From Macrostomum lignano (taxonomy: Eukaryota), in contig NIVC01000598.1 of the NCBI GenBank assembly GCA_002269645.1, positions 248,001 to 312,000 of the forward strand: a stretch of DNA of 64,000 bases, written 5' to 3'. Positions 58,501-64,000 of this stretch are shown here, in pieces; position 1 is the stretch's first letter, and the number at the start of each line of letters is the position of its first letter. A program made the translations under genes and the position numbers. The notes below the pieces were generated by a model. That model saw nothing but the letters and a program-made list of their open reading frames with translations. It made no database searches and was not told where the DNA came from.

Positions 58501-61500
58501 AAAATATCCTCGCAATACTTGGCCAGCTTGTACTGCTGCAGCTTGCTGGGGGGGGGGCGATGGGTGAGTCATGAATAACAACTGACAGAAGCGACAGCCG
58601 TATTCCTCAGCTCTCCCTCTCACCTGCAATGGTTCTCAAATGACAGAATCACAGGCCAGGCCGAGGTGACAAAAGCTGTGTCGCGAATGGCGTTGACAAC
58701 ATCCTGCAATGCGGAGCGCCGGCTCGCCTAAATTCACTAATTATTGCTTACAGTTATACTAATCTATATAACTAAATGATTAATTCACTAACGCAGCTTC
58801 CCCTGACTCCTAAGACTGGGTTATTCCGAAGGTAGTTACGCCCCCCCTGAAGGAGATGCCAGCGGCCCAGGCTCGATTCCAAGTGCAGTCACATTTATTT
58901 GAGGCTAAATTGGAATCTCGGCTTGGCTCTGCTCGTGCAATTAACGTATTTGAGGACCAACCCCAAGGCACATTGAAGTTTACATGCCTAACGATAAATA
59001 AAGTTTGGGCCGCTGTACACTCCTGTGTGAGTGAGTGCCTGTCGCTTAAAATGCGCCAGGGTGCACCCAGCCTCCTGTCTCTAACCCAGGGATAGTGGTG
59101 GCCTCCTGAAGAACCAAATGGTAGTGGCGGTCCAATAAAGTGTTCAGCACCGGAAAAGTCACCAGATGTTGACCAACTGAGAGCCAGCAAAAACCCGGAT
59201 GCCTCACCTTGAACAGGATGTCCGTGCACATGGCCTTGCCGTGGGTGATGATGGGCTCCTGGTCGTTGTCCTTGCCATCCCAGCAGTCCAGCTCGATGCA
59301 CCGGCAGCCGGCGAGCAGCACCTGACGGTACATCTCCACCGAGCTCTTGCCGCCGAACTGCCTACCGCTCAGGTAGGTGTTGTGCGAACTGTTAATGTAA
59401 TAGTGCGACAGCGGCTGGTCCATGTCGTGGTGCAGCTCCAGCTTGTCCAGGAACACGGGGGCATTGTCGTCCGACATCAGGTAGCGATAGAAGCAGTCGA
59501 TGCTGATCTTGCCTTGAAGAGATTAAGAATTTGCTGCTCTAATTTGTTCAGAAGCGGCTAAAAGTACAAAATCCGCTTATCACATCCGGGATGCAGAACC
59601 TGCATTGAATCATTTTAATCCCCTGCTCAAGCGGATATTCCAATCGTTATCTGTTAGCCACCTTTAAAGACCACTCAATAACGAAATTTTTTAATAAACG
59701 AAAATGCATTGGAAAGATGAACAGTTTTCATCCCACTCAATAGATGAGTGTTTACCTTTGTTCACCCACTCCATCCACAATATCTTGTAACAGAAATATC
59801 AGAACTCCCTTGGCTCAAAAACATTAAAAACGATTCTTGCACCGATGGCACTCTCGGACACGCCCAGCCCGCGGCTCCGGCCCCGCCCAAATCTTGCCCG
59901 GCCGCCTCAATTATTTGACGATTTGGCGATTCGAGCTGCTCAGCGCGCGGGTCTCCGGGCGCGGAGGAAAGGAGGGGAGGCCCCTTTGAGAGTCCGAACG
60001 CGCACTCAGCTGGACAGCCCCGCCCAGATTTTTCGGCGAACTATGCGCTCCGCCAGACTGGCCAGCAAATAGCGAGGAAGAAGAGGGGAGCTCAAAGTTG
60101 TTACGTTCGGCTAATGGCATTTATTGCCATAGTTCCATACACAGCCACGGGACCGGGCATGTCCTAGCCAGGCCAGCTGGCTAACCACAGCAGGGCTGGG
60201 AGGGGGCATTGCCTAGCCAGGCCAGCTGGCTAACCACAGCAGGGCTGGGAGGGGGCATTGCCTAGCCAGGCCAGCTGGCTAACCACAGCAGGGCTGGGAG
60301 GGGGCATTGCCTAGCCAGGCCAGCTGGCTAACCACAGCAGGGCTGGGAGGGGGCATTGCCTAGCCAGGCCAGCTGGCTAACCACAGCAGGGCTGGGAGGG
60401 GGCATTGCCTAGCCAGGCCAGCTGGCTAACCTCAGCAGGGCTGGGAGGGGGCATTGCCTAGCCAGGCCAGCTGCATGGCTAACCACAGCAGTGCTGGGAG
60501 GGGGCATTGCCTAGCCAGGCCAGCTGGCTAACCACAGCAGGGCTGGGAGGGGGCATGTCCTAGCCAGGCCAGCTGGCTAACCACCTGCTGCGCCCTCGTT
60601 GTTTGAGCACCTTGAGCAGCATAGTAACTCACGATTCTCCTGGTTCTCCTTATTTGGCTCGTAGCACTTAAGAATGTTCTCAATGGTCAGCTTGTTGGCA
60701 AAGGGGTACAGAATCTCGTTGAGCCGGGGATCTCGCTGGGTGACGTTGAGAAACTCCATCATCTTGTCCTGAGAGACGACGCTGCCACCAGCGCCGCCGC
60801 ACAGCTCGTTGAAGAGGTCTTCGATGTCCTGGCGCGGGCAGATGCGGTGGTACAGCTCGTAGAACTTCTCGAAGGTGAAGTCCGCCTTTACGATTTCGTC
60901 GTTCTGTTAGGGAGAAAAACAGGCAAAGCAAAGTCTGAGTTCGCTTGCTCGTCGACAAAGCCCTACCGATTGCTCAGCTGTAAATCTTTCATTGAATATG
61001 CTGAGACCTTCAAGTCGTCCTGCGATCTACCACTTCACAATGAAAACACACCTAGTCCCAAAGCTGCATGAACTTTTGGTACACATCTCCGCTCAGATCT
61101 AATCCCCACTCTTCCCAGCTCTCCTCTTGCATTGTCTCTCCTCTCTTGCATTGTCTCTCCTCTCTTGCATTGTCTCTCCTCTCTTGTATTGTCTCTCCTC
61201 TCTTGCATTGTCTCTCCTCTCTTGTATTGTCTCTCCTCTCTTGCATTGTCTCTCCTCTCTTGTATTGTCTCTCCTCTCTTGCATTGTCTCTCCTCTCTTG
61301 CATTGTCTCTCCTCTCTTGTATTGTCTCTCCTCTCTTGTATTGTCTCTCCTCTCTTGCATTGTCTCTCCTCTCTTGTATTGTCTCTCCTCTCTTGCATTG
61401 TCTCTCCTCTCTTGTATTGTCTCTCCTCTCTTGCATTGTCTCTCCTCTCTTGCATTGTCTCTCCTCTCTTGCATTGTCTCTCCTCTCTTGTATTGTCTCT

Positions 61501-63177
61501 CCTCTCTTGTATTGTCTCTCCTCTCTTGCATTGTCTCTCCTCTCTTGCATTGTCTCTCCTCTCTTGCATTGTCTCTCCTCTCTTGTATTGTCTCTCCTCT
61601 CTTGCATTGTCTCTCCTCTCTTGTATTGTCTCTCCTCTCTTGTATTGTCTCTCCTCTCTTGCATTGTCTCTCCTCTCTTGCATTGTCTCTCCTCTCTTGC
61701 ATTGTCTCTCCTCTCTTGCATTGTCTCTCCTCTCTTGTATTGTCTCTCCTCTCTTGCATTGTTTCTCCTCTCTTGCATTGTCTCTCCTCTCTTGCATTGT
61801 CTCTCCTCTCTTGTATTGTCTCTCCTCTCTTGTATTGTCTCTCCTCTCTTGCATTGTCTCTCCTCTCTTGCATTGTCTCTCCTCTCTTGCATTGTCTCTC
61901 CTCTCTTGTATTGTCTCTCCTCTCTTGTATTGTCTCTCCTCTCTTGCATTGTTTCTCCTCTCTTGCATTGTCTCTCCTCTCTTGCATTGTCTCTCCTCTC
62001 TTGTATTTTCTCTCCTCTCTGTTTTATTCTCTCCCCCACCTTGGCAGACGGCAGACCGAGATCCTTCAGCGTCTGAAAGATGATTTTTTCCGTCTTGCCG
62101 GAGGCGAAGGTCTTGCTGATTGCGCGCACCGGGATGCAGTTGTTAGCGTTCACTGAGACGCACAGCTTCATCCAGCTGCGGGTGCGGCAGGTGGGTCAGG
62201 CTTGGATTGTGTTGGTCGGCTTTGGATCGGGTGGGTTGGGCTTGGATCGGGTGGGTTGGGCTTGGATCGGGTGGGTTGGGCTTGGATCGGGTGGGTTGGG
62301 CTTGGATCGGGTGGGTTGGGCTTGGATCGGGTGGGTTGGGCTTGGATCGGGTGGGTTGGGCTTGGATCGGGTGGGTTGGGCTTGGATCGGGTGGGTTGGG
62401 CTTGGATCGGGTGGGTTGGACTTGAATCGGGTGGGTTGGGCTTGGATCGGGTGTACAGCTGCCCTGACTTTCTAATCGTCAGACATGTACACTCTCTGTG
62501 CATCGGGTGCTGCCAACCCTTATGGTTTTGAATCGCACTACACCCCGGCCAATTTTCGTGCGCAAGCCCCAAATCAATGTGCTTGCGCCCGGAATGGAAC
62601 CAGGGGTCGCGGCGCGAGAGTCGGGCGCGTTTACCCCCGCTCTGCCCCCCCCCCCCCTGGGCTTGAGTGAGTGAGTGGGAAATTATTCACAAGTAAAAAT
62701 TACTGATATAACAAACGATGGGAACCGTGCGCACAAGACTGTACGAGGCTGCAGAGTTGCATTATGTACCAACACACAGGCCCATATTTACCAGCCGTGA
62801 CGAAACCCCATGCAACCATTTTCCTTTCCACTGCTGCTCTTCTTCAAATCGCTCTGGCTCGGCCTCTCAACTCTGAGACGGTAAAACAAGCGCTGAGGCA
62901 GAGAGGATCCCTCATTCCGGGAATCCCCGACCCGCGGCAGACATTAGCAAACATACTCGGGGAGAACTAAGGGGAGCTGCTGGTAAGGACCTGCACTTTA
63001 ACCACGGAATAGGACAGGTAAGGTGCTGGCTTGAAGAAAACTTCAACTGGACAAGAGAAGGAAAAGAGCAAAACGAAAAAGGAACTCCGACTCTCACTGT
63101 TTGCGCAGCTGCGTCATTGGACACACATTGCTGGCCTTTGTGTTGTGAGTCAGCGGTCTCAGGTCCTGGATCCAAGC
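49539..63177 (-). CDS. PLCB4: Phospholipase C beta (PLCB4/NorpA type), 17 exons, 5' part beyond the window: 63098-63177, 62040-62175, 60633-60903, 59208-59512, 58624-58703, 58461-58545, 58269-58359, 56566-56846, 56176-56317, 55993-56077, 55220-55396, 53434-53990, 52659-52966, 52275-52423, 51407-51464, 50076-50498, 49539-49607
   Basis: HWMKL...[21 protein letters not shown]-box [39 protein letters not shown]...[14 protein letters not shown]-box [39 protein letters not shown]2 domain, coiled-coil CTD ending AKPVAAV. Every exon length is phase-consistent. Confidence 0.95.
50560..51385. repeat. Intronic minisatellite, 30-bp unit AATCTAACCGGAAATGAGGCGCCATCAATC
   Basis: Tandem copies in a PLC intron. 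Confidence 0.97.
52455..52590. repeat. Intronic tandem repeat, 41-bp unit, about 3 copies
   Basis: GTCACTT...TTTTAGAATCAAAACACAGTGA repeated. Confidence 0.9.
53050..53298. repeat. Intronic repeat, 12-bp unit CTGTCACTC(TTG/ATG/TTA)
   Basis: Tandem copies seen directly. Confidence 0.93.
54025..54530. repeat. Intronic minisatellite, 21-bp unit GAGGTGGCTGAGGCTATGAGA
   Basis: Tandem copies seen directly. Confidence 0.95.
55485..55960. repeat. Intronic minisatellite, 21-bp unit GTACACTTACCCTCTCTCAC(T/G)
   Basis: Tandem copies seen directly. Confidence 0.95.
56352..56510. repeat. Intronic minisatellite, 34-bp unit CCCAATGCAATCGGTCCCAATCTGGGAAAATATC
   Basis: About 4-5 tandem copies. Confidence 0.93.
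56985..57905. repeat. Intronic minisatellite, 19-bp unit GGCACCTTCATCCCATC(T/C)A
   Basis: Tandem copies with higher-order variants. Confidence 0.96.
58810..59190 (+). mobile_element. Candidate SINE-like interspersed element in a PLC intron
   Basis: B-box-like GGCTCGATTCC near 58870; shares ordered blocks CACATTTATTT, CCAAGG(C/T)ACA and GGGCCGCTGTACAC with about 45860-46320. Confidence 0.4.
60160..60585. repeat. Intronic minisatellite, 49-bp unit CCTAGCCAGGCCAGCTGGCTAACCACAGCAGGGCTGGGAGGGGGCATTG
   Basis: About 8 tandem copies. Confidence 0.97.
61115..62015. repeat. Intronic minisatellite, 19-bp unit TCTCTTG(C/T)ATTGTCTCTCC
   Basis: Fills most of the 60904-62039 intron. Confidence 0.97.
62195..62452. 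repeat. Intronic minisatellite, 20-bp unit GGGCTTGGATCGGGTGGGTT
   Basis: Tandem copies next to the acceptor at 62176. Confidence 0.97.
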
Positions 63178-63229
63178 CTGCGGGTTCAGGAAGCGATCGC
63201 TTTTGTATGCAATTGTGCCTGTGTGAGCA

Positions 63230-64000
63230 GATCAACTGAGGGACAGGGATGCTGCAGCCTCAAGTTTAACTGAGGGACAGGGATGCTGCAGCCTCAAGCA
63301 CAACTGAGGGACAGGGATGCTGCAGCCTCAAGCACAACTGAGGGACAGGGATGCTGCAGCCTCAAGCACAACTGAGGGACAGGGATGCTGCAGCCTCAAG
63401 CACAACTGAGGGACAGGGATGCTGCAGCCTCAAGCACAACCGAGGGACAGGGATGCTGCAGCCTCAAGCACAACTGAGGGACAGGGATGCTGCAGCCTCA
63501 AGCACAACTGAGGGACAGGGATGCTGCAGCCTCAAGCACAACTGAGGGACAGGGATGCTGCAGCCTCAAGCACAACTGAGGGACAGGGATGCTGCAGCCT
63601 CAAGCACAACTGAGGGACAGGGATGCTGCAGCCTCAAGCACAACTGAGGGACAGGGATGCTGTAGCCTCAAGCACAACTGAGGGACAGGGATGCTGCAGC
63701 CTCAAGCACAACCGAGGGACAGGGATGCTGTAGCCTCAAGCACAACTGAGGGACAGGGATGCTGCAGCCTCAAGCACAACTGAGGGACAGGGATGCTGCA
63801 GCCTCAAGCACAACTGAGGGACAGGGATGCTGCAGCCTCAAGCACAACTGAGGGACAGGGATGCTGTAGCCTCAAGCACAACTGAGGGACAGGGATGCTG
63901 CAGCCTCAAGCACAACTGAGGGACAGGGATGCTGCAGCCTCAAGCACAACTGAGGGACAGGGATGCTGCAGCCTCAAGCACAACCGAGGGACAGGGATGC
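63230..64000. repeat. Intronic minisatellite, 34-bp unit CAACTGAGGGACAGGGATGCTGCAGCCTCAAGCA
   Basis: Tandem copies running to the window edge. Confidence 0.97.

Noticed and set aside
61035-62171. 300-380 aa ORFs such as ([19 protein letters not shown])n and ([17 protein letters not shown])n
   Set aside because: Translations of a 19-bp intronic minisatellite between two phase-consistent PLC exons.
230-62452. Possible consistent strand orientation (pyrimidine-rich sense) of intronic minisatellites
   Set aside because: Sense strands are C/T-rich in some introns, G/T-rich or G/A-rich in others; no consistent polarity.
62485-62670. Peptide [11 protein letters not shown] superficially like the PLC-beta HNFRANNV segment
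   Set aside because: Wrong strand; the true exon ([17 protein letters not shown]) was found at 63098-63177.
60160-64000. Regularly repeated 34-49 bp units considered as CRISPR-like arrays
   Set aside because: Units are head-to-tail with no unique spacers, there are no cas genes, and the context is spliceosomal introns.

Overview
Eukaryotic (metazoan) genomic DNA with GC-rich exons, AT-rich intergenic DNA, introns as short as 30 nt and a different minisatellite in many introns. This resembles a Macrostomum-type flatworm genome, which is an inference from style only. I reconstructed exon structures by hand (splice sites and reading phase checked) for an SRSF7/9G8-like SR protein (-), DCAF12 (-), VIPAS39/SPE-39 (-), PPM1G (+), a degenerate calmodulin-like EF-hand protein with a CaaX-like end (+) and the last 17 exons of a PLC-beta4/NorpA-like gene (-, 5' end beyond the window), plus two exons of an unidentified gene at the left edge. 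Mobile DNA is abundant and often nested: an intact RTE-clade LINE, a 5'-truncated second RTE, a Gypsy remnant, two mariner fossils, a Tc1 deletion derivative, several MITEs with 8-bp TSDs, a long-TIR foldback element and two convergent non-autonomous Helitrons. The most striking observation is that the 12-bp target-site duplication of the intact RTE brackets a perfect 34 x 18-bp tandem array, so the array (or its seed unit) forms almost the whole 5' leader of the element. Most long ORFs in the supplied track are artefacts of tandem repeats.
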